In this document: positions 14,471 to 28,664 of the stretch, in pieces
How the letters are laid out: each line of letters starts with the position of its first letter
How positions within the stretch are numbered: position 1 is the first letter of the stretch
Assembly: GCF_000150275.1 (NCBI RefSeq)
Contig: NW_002060949.1
Location: forward strand, 333,861-397,860
Source: Trichoplax adhaerens
Lineage: Eukaryota > Animalia > Placozoa
Direction: 5' to 3'
DNA length: 64,000 nt
Position numbers and translations under genes: made by a program
Notes under the pieces: generated by a model
Seen by the model: the letters and a program-made list of their open reading frames with translations, nothing else
Told to the model about the DNA's origin: nothing
Database searches by the model: none

Positions 14471-17400
14471 TTTGCGCATATTTCAATACTCCACGAAGTA
14501 TCCTCTTTAGAATTAACAAAAATTTTATCGCTTATTTGTACTTCATATGCGAATGCAATCCATCTATAGGCATACATAGTTTTCAAGCTATGCTAATTTT
14601 TTTTATTGTCCGCAAATATTAATTATTTTTCGGAATTATTAATTGTACTATTTAGAAATATAAACTCAAAAATGAATCTACTATTTTAATTGCTTGTTGT
14701 TTTAAATAAGATATTTATTTGCGATACAGCCACAAAATTTATACTGCTGCAGAAGTATACGGTAGTTTGTAGCTTTACTAATACAATTTCAGTTATAAAC
14801 TTAATAGACTTGGTACGCAAATCTCTGTCTTCACAATCATGCTTGTTAGTTATACAGTTGGCAAAACTGACTGTAAAAATTATACTTTAGCAAATCTACC
14901 GCGTATAAGCTAGAGTTATTTGATAGCAATTAACTGTCCGCATGCAATGTCTTACGTGGAATTCTTATATTGATTGTCCTCTGATTATAGTTTTAGTGTC
15001 AAATATTAGTGCTATCAACGGTTGTGCCACTACGGATAAAAATTAACTATAAATGGTTATTATCTTATGAGACTCGCCTTTGAATAGTTCAAGTGTAAGA
15101 AATCATTAGTGATTTATATTTTTATTTGTTAAGATATCAATAACAACGGCAAAGGGTAAGTGCATAAAAGTATATATATATAATACAGGTCATGCATCAA
15201 TTTTATATATATATTTACACTATATTTATACATATATGCATCCGCATTCTATAAGACTTTATATACTCTTGTAAGAAAACGTAACATACTTCTTGTTGTC
15301 GTTCTTAATTAATTTATATACTTTGTCTCTGAAGTATACAGTACTTGGACTTCTTCAACATTTTATACCATGTGAATAAAATTTCATCTAGCATAAATTT
15401 TGCTTAGATCATATCATATTACTTATATTGTATTTAGGTCTGGTATACTCGTGTGCAGTGTGGATGCGATAGATTGTAACTAAGAATTATGATAACGGTG
15501 CATCTTAGCTCTGTAGTTGTTTCATTAGAAGAAATTGCGATAGCGTATACCAAGTAATTACTATCTAATTTCAAACGGTGTTTTTTTTTACTGTAATGGG
15601 CAATTAACTCAGACTTTTGCACTAGTAGTTTACGAATATTGTAACACGAGAATAATCGTCGTTAGCCTGATAGCAAGTGCGCCGATTGAATTATTTTATG
15701 GTAGAGAAACATCTTTTCGACCTTTTCGACTACTTTAGCTTCGGTATAGGATGTTGACAATACCTAATACTACGTGTGTGACAGTAGAGGTTTGCTTAAT
15801 TTTAGCAAATTTAAATTTGAGACTGTAGTGCAGCCCCAAATATAGCTTGGATTGTGATTGCAAGACTATACGAGAGTAGTAGTACTCGTTTGTTAGATTG
15901 TATGATTTTGAAGATATCTATTTGTAGAAGAGTTTTACGTACGTATTGTCTTGATACTATTGAGATTTTCATAATAAGGTTCTGAGATAATAATAGATAG
16001 CGTTAATTATGTTAGTGCTGTGAGCATTGTATTGCTAAGACGCGTGAATAATGAATAGCTCGTGCGATGATAACTGTTATCTTGCGACTAAATTGGCAAG
16101 ATATGATTGTAATGTGTAAAATTTATTCTGTAACAAAGAACAAATAAACCGCGAGCTTTTGTTGTAGTGATATAGTCCAGATATGTAGAAGTAGTCCTTG
16201 ATAAATAAAAACAAAATGATTTATGTGATAAAGTGAACCTTGCAAGAAACTGTAGTTCTTGTTGTTATACTTTTGAGAAGACACTTTATCACATACTGTA
16301 ACTGTAGTTGATTATAGTTTCCATATTACGCCAATCTTAAATTTAAAACTTGCTAGACTTATAAATAGCAATATTAAGTTTTGCAATATCTTAGAGAGAG
16401 CCTAATGCTCCAGAGTCAATCATAGACGATTATGATAGGATATGCGTAATTTAACTTCATTTTTTAGACCCAACTTCCTTAGTAGAAATCTTATTAAATT
16501 CTTAGCGACTTCGTTAGACGTAGTCTAGACTTTCTTCATAAGAATACTGTAATTTACAGGGCCAAACTGGATTTCCAAGAGCATCTGAATGAGACACTTT
16601 GGATGTGTTAGATTTATTATTGAATAATTTACTAAGATTATAACTCTGCATGCGGCCGTTCTTAATATAATATTAAAAATCCATTTACGACGGCGCGTTT
16701 TCATTAATGAATGTATTAATAATTTCTCTCAGTTCTTTATGCATAGTACTATTAATAAGGTTGGCCATGGACCCTCACTAGTAGCGTACTTCCTGATCGT
16801 AGGTTGCCTAGTGACTTTACTCTAGATTAGTCCCTGGATTTAATACTGGCGTAGCGGTAAAGCAGTAATAGCAATAGGAGAAGTTGTCTCTTCTTATTGT
16901 GCTAATATACTTAGCCAAATTTTGGTTTGGTAGCAACGAGTTACATCTTTAAAATATTAATAGAGACTTACAGTAAAGCATCTGACAATGATAAGGATCT
17001 TAGCAGTTATAGTATTGAAACTGCAATATTTAAATTATTATATATACTTATATATCAGAATTTTCGGTCCCTAACAGGTTGACGAAGACAGAAATAGGCT
17101 AATCGAATATATACGGTATTTATCAACAATAATAGCGTACAAATTGAAAATGTTGTAGAAGACATACACTATTTCAAGCTCAGTTCATCATTTACATGAA
17201 TTCTTATTAAATAAATAAATTAATACTAATTTATTAGCGGTTAAAATTAAAGTTATTCGTTTATATTGGAAGCGTCTTCTATATTAGGACTAAGAGTTGC
17301 AAATGTGTTATAAAGTACGGCTAAAAATAATCACAAACATGATTATTTACATTACATTTAATTGAATTGAAATTCTAACTAGTAGTTGCTTAATATTGAA

Positions 17401-18823
17401 TATTTCTCTAAAATCTAGAAATAAGATACAGGGACATATCGGTATGCTGCATCTTTCAAGATCGTTATATCCTGTTCTTTAACATTAAGTATACTATCTT
17501 TTACCTCTACGATTTACACGCTTGCAATAAATTAGTATACTATGTACCATTTACTACGATTGAAGCCTACTCAAACGAGTATAGAGACATAGTTTATAGT
17601 CTTTCTAATTCTATATACTTGCCATATCTGCGCGATCATTTGTAGAATTATAGACGATAATGATTAATTATAATATAAATATACTGTTATGCTTAGTTCT
17701 ACAGCAGTGCTTTCTATGTATATTAGATTCCCAAAGTATAACATTATTGATTTCTCTTCATCTCTCAGTTGCTGGGGCTATGGTAGTAGTTTGCGTTGTT
17801 CAGTTATTCTGACGTTACTTTACCGCAGGGTTACACACTAGCCTGTTGTACTTTCTCTTTCTAACATGATACTTGCTCTTCATTAGAGAATATCCTTCTA
17901 CTTCTTATATACAACACCGCGTGTGATCCTGATATCAAACCTAGATTTAGCTAGTATTTTGAATTCACTGTTACACATAGCAAACAGTATACAGTTGTAT
18001 ATAATTCATTAAATATAATATATATATATATATATGTATTTTTAGTAAATTAATTCAGTTAATTTTACTGTTATATACTGTATGTAATGTACTTATATTA
18101 AATAGCAAATTTTAGGTAAATTACAGTATTTAAAATATCAAAGAATTATTTTCTAAGCGATATTAATACAACTTAAAAGGTAAACTGCTATTCACTACCG
18201 TTTACTTTTGCTCAATGTGTACACCGACCATGATGTAAAGAAATACACGTAGATCTAATGGCAATGCTGAAGATTATTCGCTAAAATTTAAAAACAAGTA
18301 TTATCAACTTTATTATTAGTTAGCAGTTAAAACCGTAGATTTTAGAGCTAATAATTTTAGAGCAATTTAATAACTTTGGGTACAATTTTCAAGGTTCTTA
18401 AATACTAGAGTTTGAGTTTTTTTCAAACTTTTTACCTAAACAAAGTATAAAATCTGCCCCAACTTAAAATGATTACATAATCTGGTGGATGAAAAGTTAA
18501 ACTACCATAGAGTATATTCTCTTTATAAATTTATATTACGGCGATGTCGAAAGTTTATAAATATTAAATCATATATTGTTTATGTCACTGTTATAATCAC
18601 CGATGGATTTTAATCTAGAGTATGCACTGACAGATATAATAAACATGTAACTATTCTGTTATTACTGAACAAGAAAAATGATAAAGAATACTTGTCTTAG
18701 TCATAGCCATACAGAAGATGCAAATGTAATTTATCGAGTCGGCATATTCACATGGAAGTTAAATCAGTAGATGTAAGTATACTGTTATAGTACAAAACAG
18801 TAAGTATACGTGATTAGGTAGCC

Positions 18824-21800
18824 CTATACAGTACTTTCATATGTTTTATATGTATCATATCTACAAGAAAAAATCTGTGGGTAATCTTCTGATGAGTGAC
18901 CACTAAATGTTGATGTATCAAAGGCACTAATTGTTGACATTTGTAAGCATAATTCTTGTCCATAGCCAAGAGTTGAGGTACCTTCATCTTTGCCCTTTAA
19001 TTGAGCTAGATGATGATTCTGACTGTTTCTTGAACTCATATTATCTAAATCTAGGGATATCGTACTAGGCATGACGATCTTGTTCTTAAAGGAAGGAAGA
19101 ACTTCATAAGTACTACCTGGAGTCTCATTTTCGGGCTTATTGTCATCAATATTGTTCAATTCATCGTAATCAAAATCTTCATAGTATTCCGCTTGGCATG
19201 GTGCTGGGGGTAATGGACGCAATCCTTGATCTACCAATGGCTCTGGTATTGTCTGAGCGATAGAATGATGTGCTTTTATGTCATAATAGATATCACTGTA
19301 TTTTAGTATTAACTAACCTCTACTTAAATTAGTTTACATAAGTCGGAGTATTAATGCACTACTTATAGTTTAGACTTACCGATTTATTTTTATAGAAACA
19401 ACATCCAAGGAATATGTATTTAGATAATTTCATTCTGTTATGCAGTAAATACGAAATGTTACTTTACTATTTTGCTAACAGATTTGTAATGCCATCAGTA
19501 TTAAAAAATTAGAAAGATCACAGCATAGTAAATGAATTATTAGCTGTACAGAACTGATACTGTCTATCATAAAACGTAAGCATCGTAGGGAATGTATTCA
19601 TTTATTTATGTAAATACTTTTATAGCATAGTAGAAACCTCAAAAAATTATCATTTCAGTATTAAAACGATAGTTAGGTACTAATTTGTTTAGCTATTCTT
19701 GACTTATTTGAAAAGCATGTAAATACATGTTTGTAATGTTTTGCCGAAAATTAAATAAACTAGCAGTGAATGCCCGTTACAGCAACAGGTCCCACTTATC
19801 ATACAGTAATTACTTCACACGATGCTGTAGTAAACCTCGCTTATGAGCTAGTATTGTATCATAGTACTGTAGTTAACTGTACTGTACCTGTAGTCTAATA
19901 TACCACACCCTACAGAACATAATTGTTAATAGTAAGGTACTTTGATCAATAGAGTCATATTGGAGATAATTATAGTAGTATTTGACTTCATTTGCTTGCA
20001 TTGAAGGTTTAAAATAGCACGATTAGAATATAGACGATTAAATGTTATAAAAATTGACAGTTTCGCGAACCCTACTACATTTTCAGAGTGTGTATAATTT
20101 GTCATTAAATTATGTTCACCTGTTTTTTCTTTCCATGACTTGATAGATTTTAACGCTTACTAGTAATATTACTACGGATAAAACGAGGACAACTGCCACG
20201 ATGACAACATTGATATCTATCATATTTGGTTGCTGGTCTGGCGTTCCTATAAAATAACGACAAAGCGAAAGCAACTCTTTTGTAACATTATTTCAACAGC
20301 AAGCTATATTATTCTAGGCTTCTTACTACTCATTTTAGACATATATATATTATGGTAAATAACGTGGAACTCTAAATTTGATGTTTTGTTAAACAAATTA
20401 TAATCAAAAATTTGTCAAAAGTCCATGTTTAATGTTATCATTTCATAACTGTGCATAAATTACTCTACGTTGCGTGTGCTCGTTGGAACAGATTGAAGTT
20501 CATCACTGCTAAATAATATTCATACACCTTCGCTACTTTATTTCTTTAAAGTAGCATGGAAGATTACGCCTTANAAGTATTCTTACAACTTTCTAGTTTA
20601 CTCTAAAAAAACAGCCAGAATATCAATTATGATGGTAATACGGTACCTGTCTGTGAATCTGTAGCACCATAATACCCATCTGTTATACCAAGAGTAGGTT
20701 CTATATCTGGCGGCTCTACTGTAAGAATCGACTCTGCTACAGAGCTATTGCCAACGGCGTTTGCCATTATAATTTGAACAAGATAAGGTTCTTCGACTGA
20801 GATATTAAAGAGAGAAAATTGCCTTAATGATCCATCATTGAAAGTATAGGACGTAATGAAGTCTGTATCTCTTTCAGTTATAGTAATATATGTTCTGGTT
20901 AAGTTGCCATTGGTTTGATTAATTGGAAACTGATAGAAAAAAGATTATTGAAATATTGCTATTAGGCTTATATGATTAAGTAATTTATCACATCGATGAC
21001 TATTTCATTATTTAATCTTTATAGAGATTTTTAATGCTATAGGATTGATTATTTTATAAATATGGACTGTGCAAGAGGCGATTACCTCCCAAGACAAATG
21101 ACAATTGTATAAGATATTATATTCATCTTGTGGATTACAAAGAAAATGCAGCTTTAACGGTTTTCCTTCGGGTTCTGCATGAAATTAAAGCTCATAGTTT
21201 AGCATATAATAGAATTTAAGGCTTTATTAATAAAATTAATAATTATTTACAATACATCTCACTTTACCTGCTTCAGGAAAATAGACGTATTTCGATTTTG
21301 ATAATGCACTTTGTTTTCCATTCTTACCAATAGCAGCTACATTAACTTCGTAATTTGCGCCGTATCTCATTTGCTTAGTTAATATAATGGATCTAGATTC
21401 GACTTCATTGACAGCTATACATTTTCGCTAATGAAGATAAAATGAAAATTTTTCTCAAAATATATATTTCTGAGAAAAATTACACATTCTCGTTCTACGG
21501 CTTCTTTATTAGGGTCTATTTTACTTTCATAATATTATTAGTTTTCTAACTACTGTGTGATTCTCGAAAATTTTTGGTAATATTTCGCTGTTTGATACTT
21601 TATGGACTCTTATTTATTCCAATAGTAGGAATTATGATAGTATGATACGACTGTGTGCTGAGTATAACACTAATATTATTGGAAATCTAATTTTCATAGC
21701 GTGGTGAACGGATTATACTAGTATTACACAAAAAGTATAGTGCAGTCCTACTCATGTCATGTAGTAGTACATGTGTTATTATTGTTAATAGCCTAGATAA

Positions 21801-24800
21801 TAATATCTGTTTAATTCCCAAATTCAGGTTGTATAAGCCGAACATTGTAATGAAAACTGAGTCCATTACAAATATAATGTACTGTATCATGTTTCAAGCG
21901 CTTTAGATGATCTTTAGATACATCAATTTACCTCTCGAACTTGCTCTATTATTGGATAAATTTCTCGATAACAGACTCTATAACCAGCAATTAAAGCTTC
22001 ATTTAGGGCATCAGTGTATGGATTATGCCATTCAATGTTCACAGAATGGGATTCACTATCAGTTATAACTTTATTAATAACTGGAGATAAGGGTACAGCT
22101 ATAGATTGACAATAAAAGAGCAAGAAAGAATTCTTTGAGAAATTACGTAGCAATTAATGCAATCTAAACGTACCCTCATTGCATTAATGAAATATTTGCT
22201 TGTCATTGTACAAATGAAATCAGTACTATATGTGAAATAAGAAACGGGAATAAATAGCTATGAGGCTAATACAGTATATTTTAAAGTAATTATAGGAATG
22301 AATAAATTCATTTTTAGCTTCAGAGTTTTCATTTATCCAGATAGAATTTTAGCATACTACATGCATTATAGTATGTTATATATTGTAATGTATAACATGC
22401 AATCAAATTTTTATTCACGCATTAAGAGAACAATCTCTGATAACATGAAATTAGTAAACAATACCAAAATGCTACTGGCATGTACGCTCACCTTCTTTAC
22501 TCGCATTCAGTCTTTTCGAGCATACTCGTGTTTCTCCGTAGTAGTTACTGCCTATTACACAAAACATTAGATCAGCATCAAAAACAGCTGATATCTTACA
22601 TAGGGTTCCTTTTTGTAGACAGAAACGGATGCTTCTATTTGATGTCCTTTTCGGGAAATACGTAGTTCGCCGGATATCATAGCTGATTGCAAAGAAAGTA
22701 TTTACGATATTCCACGTAATATAAACTTTCGATCCAAGAAATTTAACCTCCAAATTGTAAATGTATGGTGGACCTAATCGAAATTTTTGTTTAGTATTGC
22801 TATAAATATTTGTGCCATCGAAATAATAAACTCTAAATCCAATCTATGTTAGCTTTCAATTTCATTAACAATGATCATATAATTTTTACAAGGGATCATT
22901 ATATTACTAGCGAGATTTACTCATAGAGATCTATCTGCGATACCGTATGTAACAAAATAATTCTTATTAATTTAGTCAGATTACCAGCAGGAGCTTTTTA
23001 GAAATAACGAAGATCTCTATAAATTTTTCCAGTATTATGAAAAATGCACTGCTACGTTTACTTTATTTATGCCTACTAGCTTACCTCGAACTACGAGCTG
23101 TACTAATTGCGTTTCAGCACGGATATTATTATTCTTATCCGTTGCCGTACAGTAGTAATCACCAGCATCTTCACTAGTAATCTGATTGAAAAGTAATTGT
23201 GTGGTTATGTTGCTATGCTTATTTCCGGTATGATTTTTTACCGACACTGTATTCGGAGGATAGCTCTTACGCCAATAAAGCTTGATAACTTTATCTGTTT
23301 CACTTGACCAATTATATACAGTACAGTTAAATACTGTTGAAGAATTAATATCTGTTTCATAATGTCCAGAAGGCATAGTAGTTAAATAGATAGATGCTGT
23401 CACTAAAAGGTAGATAATATATAAATTAGGTATCTTTTCTCTAAAAATATAAATTACTTTACATAAATGAAATATAAGATTAGCCGTTTATTAGAATTCC
23501 CATATTCTAGTTTTTATTTAGCTTCTAAATCTATTTTATTGTAAGATCAATGTATATATATATATATACGAGTATATTCTGATTTAGCTGAATAAGAAAA
23601 ATTTATGAATTATAAAGTGTTGGTTCCTTGTAAATGCTCGTACTTAGCTACTTAGTAAAATTTTATTTACCACTACGCGGTAGCGTTTCAGATTGATAAT
23701 TAATAATATATAATGTATAAAACATAACCAGTTCTTTCATTGATTGTTAACTTACGTCTCCATTTGATTATATTAGTGCTAGATATAATGATAATAACTA
23801 CTCGGTATTATAAAGTACTCGTGAAAGGTATATTGTATCATGATTATTATTAAATACTTGGATTGTAGTGAAAGTAACAGTGGAAATAGCCATATACTGC
23901 TCAAGTATAGCCGCTTACCTGGAAAACTTTACAAGTCTAGAAACTAAAACCGCTATGATTTCGTACATTGCCAGTAGCTGACAATGATATTAAATATGTC
24001 ATTAAATTACCGATTCTGCATAGTTTTTAGATCTAACATCATAAACTTATACGATTAATATTCAGAGCCTTTGCTTAATATACTCAGAAGCCATATCTAT
24101 AAACTCTTACGGTACAGAAATGCTCTATGTAGTCCTTATGTTATTCTAACATCTAATCTTATCCTTACTATTTTACTAGGATTTCTCACCTTACGGTATT
24201 TTTAACCGATGGAACTACTGTAATGCTCGAATTAAAATTAAATTTAATTTTTGATAATAATATTTTTAACATACTGCCGATGGTAAATATTAATCAAAGC
24301 TAAAATACGTACTGATATTCTTAGTAGATTTAATCTTTAAGAACCCCCCTGTACATGAAAGAGGCAATAGAGGGCAAGTAAAATAGAAGGATTAAAAATA
24401 TCTACAAGGATGTAGATGGACCTGCTTTAGATTGTTTTATTGCCCACTAATATAGCCTCTGCTATGATAGTTCGAATTCGTAAACAAGAATACTTATAAA
24501 ATCATATTAATTTCCAAAGCAATGCACGGTATAATTCTTTGACGATAGATTAAGAATGGCTTTCCGTAGTATTAATCACTAAAATACTCTTAATAGATAA
24601 TTTCGCTATTTTTGGCTAAGATTTTAATAGCCATTCATAGAAAACGAATAATACTGGCTGCCAATGTGATAGTTAACGATTACTTCTTTAATAAGATGAC
24701 AGTGGATATGCAAAGCTTTGCGTAAAAATTAATACTAGATATTCATATTGCAATTCATAGAATCTTTAAACTTGATTAAGGTTAGCTTGATAAATACGTA

Positions 24801-27800
24801 ATGGTTAAATTATTTAGGCGCTTAGATTAAAATGTAAGGTTACTAAATTATAATAGAAGGTCATATTTTTTTAACATGAAATTTGATAATTCCTTCTAGT
24901 ATGCTATCATAGTTAAGCTATTTAGGACAGATTTAACGCAGATGCCCAGCGGTTAAACATTCTTAACCTTATCCTTTAATTTTAGTTTGTTTTTCTGTTA
25001 TGCCGAACATATCATGTTTTTACTTTTCTTATGTTCTTTAGTCTATATAGTTAATTGATAATATTGAATAAGTACCTGAACTAATCTTAATTCTTCTAAA
25101 TAAAACATTAATATCTATACTGATACTACGAGTTTAAACATATAACTAGTATTTTGTCTATTACAATCAATCGAAAAGAATATCTTAATAGTAACAAACA
25201 GCATTTTTATTGTCTTAGCTTCCAACAGTTATGGCAAACGTTAATATTCATCTTCAATTCGTATATCGATACGGTAATGTGACTAATATCAAGAAGAACT
25301 TTCTATTGATTAGAGGTGCCGTACACTTTACAACATAAGATAATTATATTCTGTATCATAAAGATCATCGTTCAATGTCAGGGAAATTAAGTATGGTAAT
25401 TAATTCTGATATTTTCATGTACTATATGAGTATGTGGGGAGCTTATTTGCCAATCGATATTAATTCATGGCGATTATAGCTATAATTAGTTTGTATCCAG
25501 TGTGACGCATGAATTTCTATTATAACTTATTAGAAGAGCGAAAAAATGGCAGTAATCGTAAATTATTTAGCCAGCGAAAGGAAAGGCATTTTGATTAAAA
25601 CGGGTTATTATACGTGTAATTCAGCACAAGATGCTTTATGTGTCGAGCTCTACAGATGAATTTATTCGATAAATTCAAATATTATCTGCAGATGATAGTT
25701 CAAGATAAAAATAATAGGCAAAAGTTTTACATCATTTATAACTTAAAGTTTAAAAGAAGACCCTTTTCCTTATATCTTATGCGTAGATAAAGGTGAATGC
25801 GATGAGATTAGGAGGGTATAAGCCCAGACGGCAATAGTCAACAAAAGAGGATACGCGTATCTGCCTATCAAAGAAGTTATTAATTATACTTTAGCCATGG
25901 AACAATATATAGACAATTATGAAATACAGTATACTACAGTAAATTGTATTGGATGTTGGTAATTAGAAGCACTAGTTATCTATAATCCATAACTTCGGGC
26001 GAATGATCAATTATTATTGATATTGCCTCCATTTTAACTTGTGTTATTTCCAGATTTTTAAAACTGAGGTTTAAGTATGATGTTCTGAAACGTCAGTAAC
26101 CTATTTTTAAATACCAAGCCTAGCTCTATTAACATCTAGGTTTACAATTTCTTTCTAGATAAGGATATTTATCGATAACAATCAGTGTTCTAACAGAATG
26201 CTATAATATTACAATTTAAATCCTATGATAGCTGTGTTGATCATAATTACGGTTGCGATATATTAAAATTTTCTTCCTTTAATTATCGTCGTTTAGAATT
26301 TAATCAGTCCACATTAAGTAAGTTACATCCATATAGGAATGCTCGGATTATGGACTTTAAATATAGTTTAAGCACTTCTTGATGACGATTTTTCTTCATT
26401 GCCGTAATGAAAAATCGATGAAAACATAGGATCAAATTACACCGATCTCTGTTAGCTTATGTTGCGGTTTCACATTTTTTTACCACAATTTGAGCGTATA
26501 CTGTATTGTGCTCATACAGTATCGTTCAGTACGGGTATTCTTATCATTTATTCTATATCTTGTAGAATAGTTTATCGGTCAAAAAACTAACTGTCCTTAG
26601 ATCCATTAATTTTTCCCTCTATAGGTTTTGCCACTATCCTAATTCCAGGATTGTATCTTACCTTGAATCTGAATGAACGTATTTATTCTATCCAAAAAAT
26701 AAAGTATCTGAATGATATTTAGCCTTGAGGGCTATTGTTAGATATTCTTGGGTAGATATTATTTCCTAAAATTAATTTATTAATAACATCATTAAGGAGT
26801 GATTCGAGCATAGCGTTGTTTTTGAACTTATGACTAGTTTGCATTATTTCATATGTTTGTAACTTTAATAGCTATTTGCATCATTGATGCTAGTGTCAAA
26901 TTATGACTATCAGATGTAAGTAGATTAACAGATGGATTCACTTAATACATTTTGGCTATTGGTATATTTTCTTCGTAAATGAGAGATCTGACTTTTACTC
27001 AATCGCCAAATATTAGGCAATATTAATATCCATTCTTGGTCATTTCTCGATGACTATTTAACATCTATGGTATTATTTTTTGGCATCATCATTTTATCTG
27101 ATAGATTATTATGGCTGTAGAAGCTAATAAAACTAATTGCTGAAGATGGCTAACTTTACGGACACAAGATATTCTCTATCTGACACAGTACTACTTTTCA
27201 TTTAATACAACCTACGAAGTTAGTATCTAGTAGTTGGTATTTAGGCATGAAAGAGTTGCAGTAATACTTTTCATCAAAAACTCCAGTTGAAACGAAATAA
27301 AATCATCTCAGAAGTGTTGAATTCCAAGAAATAAACAGGCATAATGTTATCATCAGTCATCAATTAAATCGTGTTGTATCCTTTTATTATTTTCCCATTT
27401 ATGGCAAATGAGCTTTAATACTCAGCAAATGATTTAATCGATAAGGACCATATGTTTGATAGCTATTATTTTGACTGTGCTGTTACATTCTGACAATTAT
27501 AATTCCGGGAGGTCTATCTAGTTATCGATGGTACCGCCAAATACAAAACTATTAATCTTTTAGTATTTCTTACGTCTTTCTTGAACAGATGAAGTATTCA
27601 TCATACTTTATCATATTAACAATCGATTGATTATCGTGGTTTCTTCAGTTTTTTCGATAAAAAAGTTATTTATTTAATGTAACGATTGAAAGTAACAATA
27701 GAAAGTCTAAATATATTGCGACAGAGTTAGAGAATCATCTTCTATTTTAAGATGAACAAACGAAAGATATCATGAATTATTTGTATCTAGTATAGTGAAT

Positions 27801-28664
27801 GATTTTATCAAGACTGCTATATCATCCCTCCAAAATCTATCTGTACTCTGATTGCCAGCATAAAAAAATGTCTAACTGAAAATTAATTTTAGTAAATAAA
27901 AATCACCTATAAACTATCGTATTATTCTAGAAATGATTATAAATTTGAAGGCAAATGGAATAGTTGTAGTGTTATAAAAGTATACTCATATTCTATCAAA
28001 GGGGATGGTAATACCTAATTAAAATCTTAGCCTAATCTCTCGAGAAAGATTTTCCTTCACTACTAGCCAACTTTCATACATTAATGTTATTGGAGATATT
28101 ATTTTAAATAGTTTTGTAGCAACATGCTTGGCTTTAATAATGACACTAACCAAAATTTTGTCTGTAAATAATAATAAGGCTGTCACATTGTTAGTGCATG
28201 AACGAAAGTGTTAACGTATAACTGAAATATGATAATCATACCTAAGATTTAAAAACAATCAATGTGCTCCAGTTACTGAGCTTTGAAACATTTTTGTATA
28301 TTGATATATTTTGTCAAATATCGAAGCATGTATGTGAAAATTGCATCGCAATATGGTAAGCCAATAGTAAAACAAATAAAATTAATCAATATAATGGTAC
28401 GAAAAGATTGCGAATGTGGAACAAGAGATGATGAGTAACAATTATAATCGAAAGCCATACATCAATTTCAATTTTATCTGTGATATTTTCATTAAGAAAT
28501 TATTTTTACCCGCCTGTAGCAGCATCTTGGTTGCCCAGATTAAACGATTATCTTAATTATTAGTAATAATTTTATCTTTAATACGTACCAATGCTATATA
28601 TCAACTTACCTATTTGTAGTAGAAAATAAATGTAGCAAAATGGTAAAGTATTCGTCCTCTTCAT
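18824..28664 (-). CDS. Single-pass receptor: signal peptide, Ig, 3 FN3-type domains (cytokine-receptor-like), TM, Tyr-rich tail ending in PDZ-type ESTV
   Basis: Approximate exons: 28664-28610 (MKRTNTLPFCYIYFLLQI, tentative signal exon, phase 1), 23402-23085 (Ig: FNC..LYW..DAGDYYC), 22773-22490, 22099-21931, 21427-21268, 21175-21086, 20929-20647, 20246-20120 (TM VVIVAVVLVLSVVILLVSV), 19433-19380, 19252-18824. Phases are consistent where checked. The 5' end is less certain than the rest. Confidence 0.8.

Noticed and set aside
14471-18823. Short ORFs in the intergenic region between the RPTP and the receptor
   Set aside because: They show no motifs or coherent splice pattern and are consistent with random ORFs.
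20574-20574. Ambiguous base n
   Set aside because: It is a single intronic sequencing ambiguity with no biological meaning.
21447-21481. AT-rich inverted repeat next to an acceptor site
   Set aside because: It is short and almost all A/T, so expected by chance at this composition.
23756-23968. Alternative first exons for the minus-strand receptor (MYEIIAVLVSRLVKVFQ and a nearby donor at about 23755)
   Set aside because: The phase is incompatible with the Ig exon or in-frame stops intervene. The exon at 28664-28610 fits better but is also unproven.
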